Shown here one piece after another: positions 29,898 through 37,901 of a DNA stretch of 64,000 bases. The stretch covers positions 1-64,000 of the IMG/VR virus record IMGVR_UViG_3300029288_006559; one strand, written 5' to 3'. Every line of letters begins with the position of its first letter. The stretch's first letter is position 1. This DNA is from a virus. Lineage: Duplodnaviria > Caudoviricetes. Position numbers and translations under genes: made by a program. A model generated the notes under the pieces. The model worked only from the letters and a program-made list of their open reading frames with translations. It made no database searches and was not told where the DNA came from.

Positions 29898-30337
29898 GTA
29901 GTAGAGAATATTTACCTACGTTTGCGGAGCTTATCGATCGTCTTAGCATTGTTGTATTGAAGGAAGTTTTTGTTCCCGAAAATGCAGCTGCTTACAAAGA
30001 AGAACAAGAACTTATAATGCACGATATAGATGAGATTATTGAAACGCAATCGTGGACAGATCCTACAGACAAAAGGTGGCATATTAACGCTAAAATTATT
30101 CGTGCAATACTTATTTTGATGCTCACCAACCGGTATATCTGGGAAAACGAATCAAAAGCGCGGGCTGGAGGTGAAGATCAAGATAAACTTTTAAAGCTTA
30201 CGCATTCTATCAACGGTGTTCGAAACACTGCAAAGAATGTTATTGCTAAAGAACTTGGAGAGCGAGTTGATTTAAAAGTAGATTGTCTTGCGGAAGGGTT
30301 GGTAAAAGAATTTGGAAATTGGAATGTTTTTGAATAA
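29894..30337 (+). CDS. helical protein of glycan loci (DUF4254/DUF6165-like)
   Basis: ELIDRLSI..LK, N..IWENE..R, N..RN..KN.I. Confidence 0.6.
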   Translation: MSSREYLPTFAELIDRLSIVVLKEVFVPENAAAYKEEQELIMHDIDEIIETQSWTDPTDKRWHINAKIIRAILILMLTNRYIWENESKARAGGEDQDKLLKLTHSINGVRNTAKNVIAKELGERVDLKVDCLAEGLVKEFGNWNVFE

Positions 30338-30349
30338 GCATAGAATCTA

Positions 30350-30991
30350 ATGCTGACTGTTTTTTATACATATACTCAAACTTTAGGAAACGTTAAATAC
30401 GCTCCTTTAGATAGACCAACAGAAAGGAAGCTTCTCGCTGAATATGCAGTAGGTTCAGACAAAGCCTTTGAATTACTAGTTAATGCACACCTTCGCTTTG
30501 TTGTGTGGATGCTAAGGGATTATAAGATTCCTAATGATGTTGATATTATGGATGTCATTCAAGAAGCTAATATAGGCTTATTAGAAGGGATAAGAAGGTT
30601 TAAATTAACGTATAAGTGCAGGTTGTACACATATTGTTTTTACTGGATACGTTTCTATATCGGAAAAACTCTTACTTCTTTTGCAAAAATACATAAAGTA
30701 TTCGTTCCAATTCCGGAAGATGCTGAATATTTGCAAGATGAGGCAGAAGCACTACAAGCTGCTGATTATTATGAACAAACAGCAAGAGATATTGTTGAAC
30801 ATGCTCTAAGTTATTTAACAAAAAAAGAGAAAACAGTGTTAATTTTATTTTTTGGCCTTTCTTCTCCATACGAACCTAAAACCCTACAAGAAATTGGATC
30901 TATGATGCATATCAACTTAGAGCGCGTACGCCAAATAAAAGACAACGCGTTGAAAAAATTAAAGAAAGAAGATCTTGAAAATCTTATTTAA
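30350..30991 (+). CDS. sigma70-family RNA polymerase sigma factor (regions 2 and 4)
   Basis: AHLRFV, DVIQEANIGLL, TLQEIG...ERVRQI. Confidence 0.92.
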   Translation: MLTVFYTYTQTLGNVKYAPLDRPTERKLLAEYAVGSDKAFELLVNAHLRFVVWMLRDYKIPNDVDIMDVIQEANIGLLEGIRRFKLTYKCRLYTYCFYWIRFYIGKTLTSFAKIHKVFVPIPEDAEYLQDEAEALQAADYYEQTARDIVEHALSYLTKKEKTVLILFFGLSSPYEPKTLQEIGSMMHINLERVRQIKDNALKKLKKEDLENLI

Positions 30992-31003
30992 CGTGTATTA
31001 TAT
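30992..31003 (+). promoter_or_regulatory. CGTGTAT motif immediately after the sigma gene
   Basis: CGTGTATTATAT. Confidence 0.6.
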
Positions 31004-31009
31004 TGTAAG

Positions 31010-31098
31010 AGAGAGTGGACAATGCCGAGAATAAACGGTCAAAGACTACGAGGTATGTTCCTACATGTCTCGTTTATATAAGAAGCGCATTCTCTTTT
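31010..31098 (+). ncRNA. candidate structured RNA (multi-stem)
   Basis: AGAGAGTG/CATTCTCT closing stem enclosing hairpin ACGAGGTATGT-TCCT-ACATGTCTCGT. Confidence 0.35.
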
Positions 31099-31131
31099 AA
31101 TTTTATATAATCACTTTTTGGAGAAAATCGC

Positions 31132-31407
31132 ATGTCTGAGGCTATTTTACGTTGGTTTGGAGTTATTAAAAAGAGAAACGGGAAGATTGTCTTTACCTCT
31201 ACCCTTGTTAGAGATTGCCCTGAGCAAAAAGATTTTCTTAAGAGTGTTTTGAAGTTCGAAAAAGGAGACACTGTTTTAGAACTTTTACAAAGTAAAGTAT
31301 GGCAACCGAAAGATTTTGTGCATTATTGTAATGATGCTTATTTGAAAACTAAACCACAAAGAGATACTACGGTAAGAGTTCCTGTTTCTCAATACACAAG
31401 AGGGTAA
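31132..31407 (+). CDS. hypothetical protein
   Basis: GGAG RBS. Confidence 0.6.
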   Translation: MSEAILRWFGVIKKRNGKIVFTSTLVRDCPEQKDFLKSVLKFEKGDTVLELLQSKVWQPKDFVHYCNDAYLKTKPQRDTTVRVPVSQYTRG

Positions 31408-31425
31408 GTTTAAGGTACTTTTTGG

Positions 31426-31575
31426 TTGACATTAAAAGACGGACTTTATCGTGTGCACACTCCTTATCTTTGTGCTGGTTTTATAATTGAAAATGGAGAT
31501 ATCATTAGGTGTGCTCCTATTTTAAAAAATAAAATTGAATATTGGAAAACTATCGCCGTGTTTATCTGTACATAA
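31426..31575 (+). CDS. small phage protein (49 aa, TTG start, not in ORF track)
   Basis: LYRVHTPYLCAGFII...CAPIL; fills the gap exactly up to the tRNA. Confidence 0.55.
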   Translation: MTLKDGLYRVHTPYLCAGFIIENGDIIRCAPILKNKIEYWKTIAVFICT

Positions 31576-31576
31576 T

Positions 31577-31657
31577 GGCGGGGTGTGAGAAGATGGTATC
31601 TCAGCGGGCTCATAACCCGCCGCGTAAGCCTCGCAGGTTCAAGTCCTGCCCCCGCTA
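31577..31657 (+). tRNA. tRNA-Met(CAT), initiator-like, long variable region
   Basis: GGCGGGG/CCCCGCT acceptor; GCGGG-CTCATAA-CCCGC anticodon arm; GCAGG-TTCAAGT-CCTGC T arm. Confidence 0.9.
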
Positions 31658-31707
31658 CTGAAGAATAGAAAAAGGAAATTATTGTAAAAACTAAAACAGG
31701 TAGAAAA

Positions 31708-32454
31708 ATGTCGAGATATATTGAAAATCCAAAGACTCGAGGCAGCGGAATTATTTGTTGCATTCCCCAAATAGGTATTTGCCCTATGGGGTGTGAAGAT
31801 TGTTTTTTTCAATCCGGAAGAAGCTACCTTGAACCACTAGAGCAAAATTTACCTAATATGCCAGATCCAGATACTGTTGGAGATATTAGTATTGTTCGTG
31901 TAAATGACGGGAACGATAGTAATAATAAACAAGAAGCTGTTATTCTAGCTACTGAAGTATATTCAAGAAAATTTTATAATACTTCTATACCTAAAAATTT
32001 AGAGAAATTTGACGCTCCTGTTGTATTAACTGTTAATCCGGGAACGTTGACAGATACTGCTGCTTGTATGCTTCACGATATACCTAAAAACCTGATGTTT
32101 GTTAGGTTTAGAGCTAACATGTGGAATCAAGGCATCTGTCAAGATGTAGTTAAATGGTATTCTGAACGTTCTGTTCCTATTGTAATGACTTTTATGGCAT
32201 ATTATAATGAAAAATCTATTCCGGAACAATGGAAAGATTGTTATACTTATAGGAAAAGAACTTTAAATTCTTATTGGGCAATTACAACCTCTGCTTGGGA
32301 AGTTTTTATGTCTCGTTACAAATATAATAAATGGGTGTATTCTTGTGGGAAAATAGAAGGAGAAAAAGGAGTGACAGGGTGCAGATTTTGCGGTAATTGC
32401 TTAAGAGAATATTTTGCTACTTTAGAGAGGTTAGAACCTTTCAAAGGAGAGTAA
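31708..32454 (+). CDS. divergent radical SAM-like protein
   Basis: CPMGCEDC (CxxxCxxC) near the N-terminus; C-terminal CRFCGNC. Confidence 0.65.
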   Translation: MSRYIENPKTRGSGIICCIPQIGICPMGCEDCFFQSGRSYLEPLEQNLPNMPDPDTVGDISIVRVNDGNDSNNKQEAVILATEVYSRKFYNTSIPKNLEKFDAPVVLTVNPGTLTDTAACMLHDIPKNLMFVRFRANMWNQGICQDVVKWYSERSVPIVMTFMAYYNEKSIPEQWKDCYTYRKRTLNSYWAITTSAWEVFMSRYKYNKWVYSCGKIEGEKGVTGCRFCGNCLREYFATLERLEPFKGE

Positions 32455-32455
32455 T

Positions 32456-32845
32456 ATGAAAGTTTGGTATTATTCTTGTAATGTTGTTCAAAATAAAGCT
32501 ACTCTTTTTTTAGACGAAATGCCTTGGTATATTAGGTTTACAGAATGGCTTTTTGATGGTATTTTAAGCCACGATTCGATTCCTTCTATTCCCTTACCCA
32601 ATTGGTTTCCAAAAGTTAGGGATAAAAGCTGTCCTGATAAACTTTATACTTTAAAAGAGTGGTATGGGGATTTAGATGATTTATATTGTTATTTTGTTTG
32701 TACCCGTATTTTAATTTGGACTCAGACTCATCCGAAAAGAAAATCTTATGAGTTTAGTTTGACTTACGAAGAATTAAAAAGAAAGCTATATACTTACGAT
32801 CCTAAATATTTTGATATGTGTGAACGAGAAGTGGAAGAAGAGTGA
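32456..32845 (+). CDS. hypothetical protein
   Basis: AAGGAG RBS. Confidence 0.6.
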   Translation: MKVWYYSCNVVQNKATLFLDEMPWYIRFTEWLFDGILSHDSIPSIPLPNWFPKVRDKSCPDKLYTLKEWYGDLDDLYCYFVCTRILIWTQTHPKRKSYEFSLTYEELKRKLYTYDPKYFDMCEREVEEE

Positions 32846-32867
32846 GAAAAACGAAAGGAAAAGTTAG

Positions 32868-35042
32868 GTGACAAAAGCCACAGGTGTAGTTGAAGAAGTT
32901 GTTAAGGAAAAAAATTATTTAGATGAATTATCGAATTTTATTTTTACAAGTAAATATGCACGTTATAATGAGAAGTTACAAAGAAGAGAGACATGGGGGG
33001 AGGCTATAAAGCGTGTAGAAAATATGCACTTAAAACATTTTTCTTATTTAAGTGAAGAAGATAAAGTAGAGATGAGCAAGGCTTTTGATCTTGTTAGAGA
33101 GAGAAAAGTAGTGCCTTCAATGAGAACCATACAGTTTGGTGGTAAAGCTGTAGAGGCTCATAATGAAAGGGCGTTCAATTGCGGTGCCTGTTATGTGGAT
33201 TCCATCAGATCTTTTGCGGAAGTATTTTTTGTTTTATTGTGCGGGACAGGAGATAGTATTGGAGTATTTAAAAGGTATATAGACAGATTACCAGATTTAG
33301 TCGATGCTTCTGATAAGGCCGGAATTGTTTTAAATTACGTTGTTGAAGACACTATAGAAGGTTGGGCAGATTCTGTTGAAGCATTATTAATGTGTTATCT
33401 TCGTAATACTCCTCTTACAGGGAGGAAAATAGTATTTGACTATTCTCATATAAGATCAAAAGGAGCTCCTTTAAAGACAGGAGGAGGTAAAGCCCCTGGT
33501 TATAAAGGATTGAAACAAGAGCACTTAAAAATTAAAGAATTGTTAGATCATATTATTGAAAAGCAGCATCAAAAGCGTTTGAATAGCGTTAATGTTTACG
33601 ATATTGTTATGCATTGCGCAGAGGCAGTACTTTCTGGGGGTATACGAAGATCAGCTACAAGCGTTCTTTTTGACAAAGACGATCAAGGTATGCTTAATGC
33701 TAAGACATACTTTAAGGTGACAAAAAGAGGAGGATTTGAATTTGATGAAAAGAAAAAGTTATGGGAGGGATGGGTATATGTTGACGATCTCCTATATAAG
33801 GGTATGAAACACGAGGTTGAAATACCTTATGGGAAAGAAGATGGTGAGTATAAGTTGTTGCAAGAACAAAAACTTATCTCTTGGTTAAGAGTATACCCCC
33901 ATAGAGCGCGTAGTAATAATAGTATTTTATTGATTAGAGAAACTGTTACTAGAGAAGAATTTAAAAAGATTTTTGATGCTACTCGTCAGCAAGGAGAGCC
34001 TGGCTTTGTATTCGGAGTAGAGGATTCTCTATTTAATCCATGTTTCGAAATTCAATTTTTACCTACTACAAAGGATGGAAGAACAGGACATCAATTTTGT
34101 AATTTAACATCTCAAAACGGAGCTTTGATAGATTCAGCAGAAGATTTTTATAAGTGTGCTAAAGCAGCTGCAATTATAGGTACTCTACAGGCTGCATACA
34201 CTGATTATCCTTATCTTTCTAATACAACAAAAGAGTTAACAGAAGAGGAAGCTTTATTGGGAGTATCTATTACAGGAATTATGGATAATCCAGATATATT
34301 TTTAAATCCTCTTTATTTGGAAACTGCTGCTAATATTGTGAAGAGTACAAACGAAGTTTGGTCAAAAAAATTAGGTATTAATCCTGCAGCTAGAACTACC
34401 TGTATCAAACCTGAAGGAACGAGTTCTTTAGTATTGAAAAGTGCTTCGGGGGCGCATCCCCACGAGGCTTTAAAATATATAAGAAGAGTTCAAGTTAATA
34501 AACTCGATCCGGTATATAAGTTTTTTAAAAAACATAATCCGCATATGTGCGAAGAGAGTGTCTGGAGTGCGCACAAGACCGACGATGTAATAGCTTTTCC
34601 TGTTGCTGTTTCCGAAAAAGTTATGGTAAAATCTGAATTAACTGCTTTACAACATTTAGAAATTATCAAACTTTTACAGCAACATTGGGTTATTCCAGGT
34701 ACGACGGAATACAATAAAAGACCTATAACGCACAATGTTAGTTGCACTGTTTTAGTTGGTGAAGATGAATGGGGGATCGTTATGAATTATCTTTATGATA
34801 ATAGAAATTATTTTGCTGCTGTTGCTTTACTTCCTAAAACTCGTGGAAAGATTTTTCCTCAACTACCTTTGGAAGAAATTACAGGTTCTTCTGAAGATCA
34901 AACTTTATGGACAAATATTATATCGAAATTTGCGCATGTAGATTATACAGAGTTGAGAGAAGAAGAGGATGCAACTTCTTTACAGCAAGAACTTGTATGT
35001 GCTGGTGGTCAATGTGAAATGCCTATTTTGAGTAACGCGTAA
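32868..35042 (+). CDS. nrdJ: class II (AdoCbl-dependent) ribonucleotide reductase, RTPR-like
   Basis: KYAR...RRETW, FNC, GGIRRSA, NPCFE, CNL, TTCIKPEGT, C-terminal CAGGQC; no R2 subunit nearby. Confidence 0.9.
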   Translation: MTKATGVVEEVVKEKNYLDELSNFIFTSKYARYNEKLQRRETWGEAIKRVENMHLKHFSYLSEEDKVEMSKAFDLVRERKVVPSMRTIQFGGKAVEAHNERAFNCGACYVDSIRSFAEVFFVLLCGTGDSIGVFKRYIDRLPDLVDASDKAGIVLNYVVEDTIEGWADSVEALLMCYLRNTPLTGRKIVFDYSHIRSKGAPLKTGGGKAPGYKGLKQEHLKIKELLDHIIEKQHQKRLNSVNVYDIVMHCAEAVLSGGIRRSATSVLFDKDDQGMLNAKTYFKVTKRGGFEFDEKKKLWEGWVYVDDLLYKGMKHEVEIPYGKEDGEYKLLQEQKLISWLRVYPHRARSNNSILLIRETVTREEFKKIFDATRQQGEPGFVFGVEDSLFNPCFEIQFLPTTKDGRTGHQFCNLTSQNGALIDSAEDFYKCAKAAAIIGTLQAAYTDYPYLSNTTKELTEEEALLGVSITGIMDNPDIFLNPLYLETAANIVKSTNEVWSKKLGINPAARTTCIKPEGTSSLVLKSASGAHPHEALKYIRRVQVNKLDPVYKFFKKHNPHMCEESVWSAHKTDDVIAFPVAVSEKVMVKSELTALQHLEIIKLLQQHWVIPGTTEYNKRPITHNVSCTVLVGEDEWGIVMNYLYDNRNYFAAVALLPKTRGKIFPQLPLEEITGSSEDQTLWTNIISKFAHVDYTELREEEDATSLQQELVCAGGQCEMPILSNA

Positions 35043-35044
35043 TT

Positions 35045-35284
35045 ATGGATACGAATCTACTTTCTACATTACCTCTTGGAGCTTCACAAGAGTTTATAGA
35101 TGGAATAAATAAGTGTTCTATTCCTGTGACGAATGAAGTAAGGCAACTGTTTAATGGGTTCACAGTTATATTAGATAATACATTTCCTCTTACATTAAAA
35201 GATGGAACTATTGTGGATGCAGTAATGTTAGGAGCTAACAGCTCAAGATGTTATTTTATAAGAGAAAAAAATGAGCTTATTTGA
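35045..35284 (+). CDS. hypothetical protein
   Basis: Coupled ORF. Confidence 0.5.
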   Translation: MDTNLLSTLPLGASQEFIDGINKCSIPVTNEVRQLFNGFTVILDNTFPLTLKDGTIVDAVMLGANSSRCYFIREKNELI

Positions 35285-35720
35285 ATTATATAGTAAAGTG
35301 GAGTATGAAGGTAAAATGGATGGGGAAGTTCTACCTCTTTGTAATGCTTTAAATGCTTTACCATTTATAAAAACTGTTAATAGTTGCTGTGGCCATGGCA
35401 GCGGCCCTCTTCGTATCTTTTTTACAGTTGGTGAAAGGAAAGAAGGACTGTTTTTTCTTACAAGATGTGTTGATTGCAGATATTGGAAGTATGGCTATTT
35501 ATGGAAATTAGAGTTAAGCGCTGGCGATGCTTGGGATGGAAAGAACCTACCTATAACTTATGTGTTGAGCAGCGGAGTTATTGTAGGAGATTTAGCTTAT
35601 GAACAAGCCCAATCTTTAATAAAAAATATGAATTTGCATATTAATCATAAGAGTTTTATGCAAGGATATGATTTAGAACTATCTAATTTTAAAGTAAGAA
35701 GAGTAATAGGAGAGAAGTAG
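35271..35720 (+). CDS. TYW3-like fold protein
   Basis: MDGEVLPLCNALN...TVNSCCGH resembles the Tyw3 D-x-x-I...IN...T-x-SSC-x-GR N-terminus. Confidence 0.45.
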   Translation: MSLFELYSKVEYEGKMDGEVLPLCNALNALPFIKTVNSCCGHGSGPLRIFFTVGERKEGLFFLTRCVDCRYWKYGYLWKLELSAGDAWDGKNLPITYVLSSGVIVGDLAYEQAQSLIKNMNLHINHKSFMQGYDLELSNFKVRRVIGEK

Positions 35721-35723
35721 AAT

Positions 35724-36389
35724 ATGACGCAAATAGAGCAAGTTCAGATTCCTATTTTATTACCTAAAAGAGGTAAAGGACATCAAGAAGTAATGGCTTC
35801 TTTTTCTGTTCTTACTTCTAAACCCATAGATCCTCTTACATTTATTCCTATTATAAATACATACGCTAATAAAACGTGTATTATAGTAGATACTGTAGAT
35901 ATGAGTAAACGTTTTTTAAAAACTTTATCATTAGATGATGTGTTCATAAGCATATCTTTTGCATATATGTTAGACAGAGTTTCATCTCAGTTATCTCCTA
36001 CGTTCTTTTCTTTACCTTGTTTCTATGAACGTAGTGTAGGGTTTTCAGATAAAAATAGTATTGCCATAGGAGTTAAGCTACCCATGCAGGCATTTCTAGG
36101 GAAACCTATTTCTTCATCTTTGACTGTTAAAATTGAACATCCTTCAAATGTCTTTTTTGAAGATATTGTGGATAGGGTGTATAAAACTTTAGGGGCTGTT
36201 TTATGCCCTGCGGTTGAGACAAAATCTTTAGATCAAAATCCTTGCTATACTCCCGAAGAAACTTTAAAAAAACTTCGGGGTGTATTCAAAGAGAAGAAAT
36301 TAGGAAAAGGAGGTTCTTTGCAGGTAGAAACTATGGATCTTTATCATATGTATAAATTAACATATACAACATCATGGAAAAACAATTAA
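35724..36389 (+). CDS. degenerate FolE2 (GTP cyclohydrolase IB)-like T-fold protein
   Basis: Colinear similarity to 44962..45897 without the CPCS, AHNQR and ESIH motifs. Confidence 0.6.
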   Translation: MTQIEQVQIPILLPKRGKGHQEVMASFSVLTSKPIDPLTFIPIINTYANKTCIIVDTVDMSKRFLKTLSLDDVFISISFAYMLDRVSSQLSPTFFSLPCFYERSVGFSDKNSIAIGVKLPMQAFLGKPISSSLTVKIEHPSNVFFEDIVDRVYKTLGAVLCPAVETKSLDQNPCYTPEETLKKLRGVFKEKKLGKGGSLQVETMDLYHMYKLTYTTSWKNN

Positions 36390-37174
36390 TGACATACGAT
36401 AAAGCTATTTTAAAATTTGGAACTGAGGCTAAGACTCCTAAAATGTCTTTAGGCGGATTATTGCTTTCTAGTGATGGTATATTCTATTCTTTACAAGGAG
36501 AAGGTCCTTCTATAGGACGGCCTGCTATTTTTATTCGTTTACATATGTGTAATTTACAATGTGATTGGACAAAGGCCGGTGGTGGAAGGTGTGATACATT
36601 CTATACCTGGGACAAAGATACCAAAGAATACTGGACATCTCATTTTTTTATGTCTTTTGAAGATATTTTAAAAGAGATTAAAAAATATTCCTGTAAAAGA
36701 ATTGTATTTACAGGAGGAGAGCCTCTGATTCAACAAAAACAAATTTTAGAATTTACGCAAGCATATCTTGATTCAGAGTATATTGTCGAAATAGAAACTA
36801 ATGGTACTATTGCTCCTTCTCGAGAGGTTCTTGCTGATCTTTCCCCCTTTTGTTTAAATTGTTCTCCAAAACTATCCTCAGCGGGAATGGAAAAGAAAGA
36901 TAGAATTAAGCCAGAAGTTTTACAGATTATAAATAACTATGAATCTTCTATTTTTAAATTCGTTGTGACCAGTATTGAAGATTTGGCGGAAATAGAAACC
37001 CTCGTGCAGGAACTTAAGCTACGATCAGACAAGATTGTTATAATGCCAGAAGGGGTAGATGTACAAACATTAACTAAGAGAATGCAAGAGCTAGCTGGCG
37101 TAGTAAAATTAAGGGGGTGGGCTATGATTCCCAGACTACAGATTTTTATTTGGGGGAATAAGAGAGGAGTGTAG
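36374..37174 (+). CDS. queE: 7-carboxy-7-deazaguanine synthase (radical SAM)
   Basis: IFYSLQGEG, CNLQC...CDT, TGGEP, IETNGT, SPKL, KFVV, PRLQ. Confidence 0.93.
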   Translation: MEKQLMTYDKAILKFGTEAKTPKMSLGGLLLSSDGIFYSLQGEGPSIGRPAIFIRLHMCNLQCDWTKAGGGRCDTFYTWDKDTKEYWTSHFFMSFEDILKEIKKYSCKRIVFTGGEPLIQQKQILEFTQAYLDSEYIVEIETNGTIAPSREVLADLSPFCLNCSPKLSSAGMEKKDRIKPEVLQIINNYESSIFKFVVTSIEDLAEIETLVQELKLRSDKIVIMPEGVDVQTLTKRMQELAGVVKLRGWAMIPRLQIFIWGNKRGV

Positions 37175-37175
37175 G

Positions 37176-37538
37176 ATGAATTTAGAGGAGGTTCGGCGAC
37201 AAGTTATTAGTGAATTAGATGCTACTTCCGGGGAGCAGGGGCAGGCACATGTTTTAGCCGCCGATGTCGTTCTTACTGCTTTACAAAGACTTGGTTACCG
37301 TATAGTTCCTGCTATGATTAGAGTAGAAGGTAGTGCTATTACAGATTTTCAGAGAGCTATTGCTCAACAATGTGCTTTAGTAAACATTACTTGCAATAAA
37401 CTACACACTTCTTTAGATGGTAAGAAAAGACCGTGCGGTAATCAAATGACTTACCAAGTAGAGGAACAAGATATAAACGGAGCTTCTATAATTCAACTTT
37501 TAATAGCAGATGGGTGGGTTATTATTCCACCTCAGTAG
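37176..37538 (+). CDS. hypothetical protein
   Basis: GAGGAG RBS. Confidence 0.6.
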   Translation: MNLEEVRRQVISELDATSGEQGQAHVLAADVVLTALQRLGYRIVPAMIRVEGSAITDFQRAIAQQCALVNITCNKLHTSLDGKKRPCGNQMTYQVEEQDINGASIIQLLIADGWVIIPPQ

Positions 37539-37548
37539 GAAACTAAAC

Positions 37549-37866
37549 ATGAAAGAGAAAATGTTATCTAAATTATATGAGTGGGCTGAAAGGTTTATTT
37601 TATGGTATGATAGTCGTGTTTACTTGACACATGAAGTAGCTCCATTTTCTTCTACGATGATCGTTACTGTTCCTTGTAAAGGCCAAGTAAAAGCTGGAGA
37701 GTTAGTTGCATATATCTCTGAAGAAGATGGCTCTGGATATTGCATTCCTTGTGGACTAGATAAATCTTTACATCCAATAGGTGTAGCCGTTTCTTCTTCT
37801 GATACAGCTGGCAATATAAACTTACAATTATCTGTAGGTTTTGTTATGCCTTCTAAGTCTAAATGA
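37549..37866 (+). CDS. hypothetical protein (weak cement/decoration-like pattern)
   Basis: VKAGELV...PIGVAVSSS.TAG. Confidence 0.4.
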   Translation: MKEKMLSKLYEWAERFILWYDSRVYLTHEVAPFSSTMIVTVPCKGQVKAGELVAYISEEDGSGYCIPCGLDKSLHPIGVAVSSSDTAGNINLQLSVGFVMPSKSK

Positions 37867-37901
37867 TTTATATACATTTACAAACTGATTGTATGTAATC
37901 T

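Noticed and set aside
31464-31763. Minus-strand 99-aa ORF
   Set aside because: It is the reverse complement of the tRNA-Met (VAGAGLEPA is a typical tRNA shadow).
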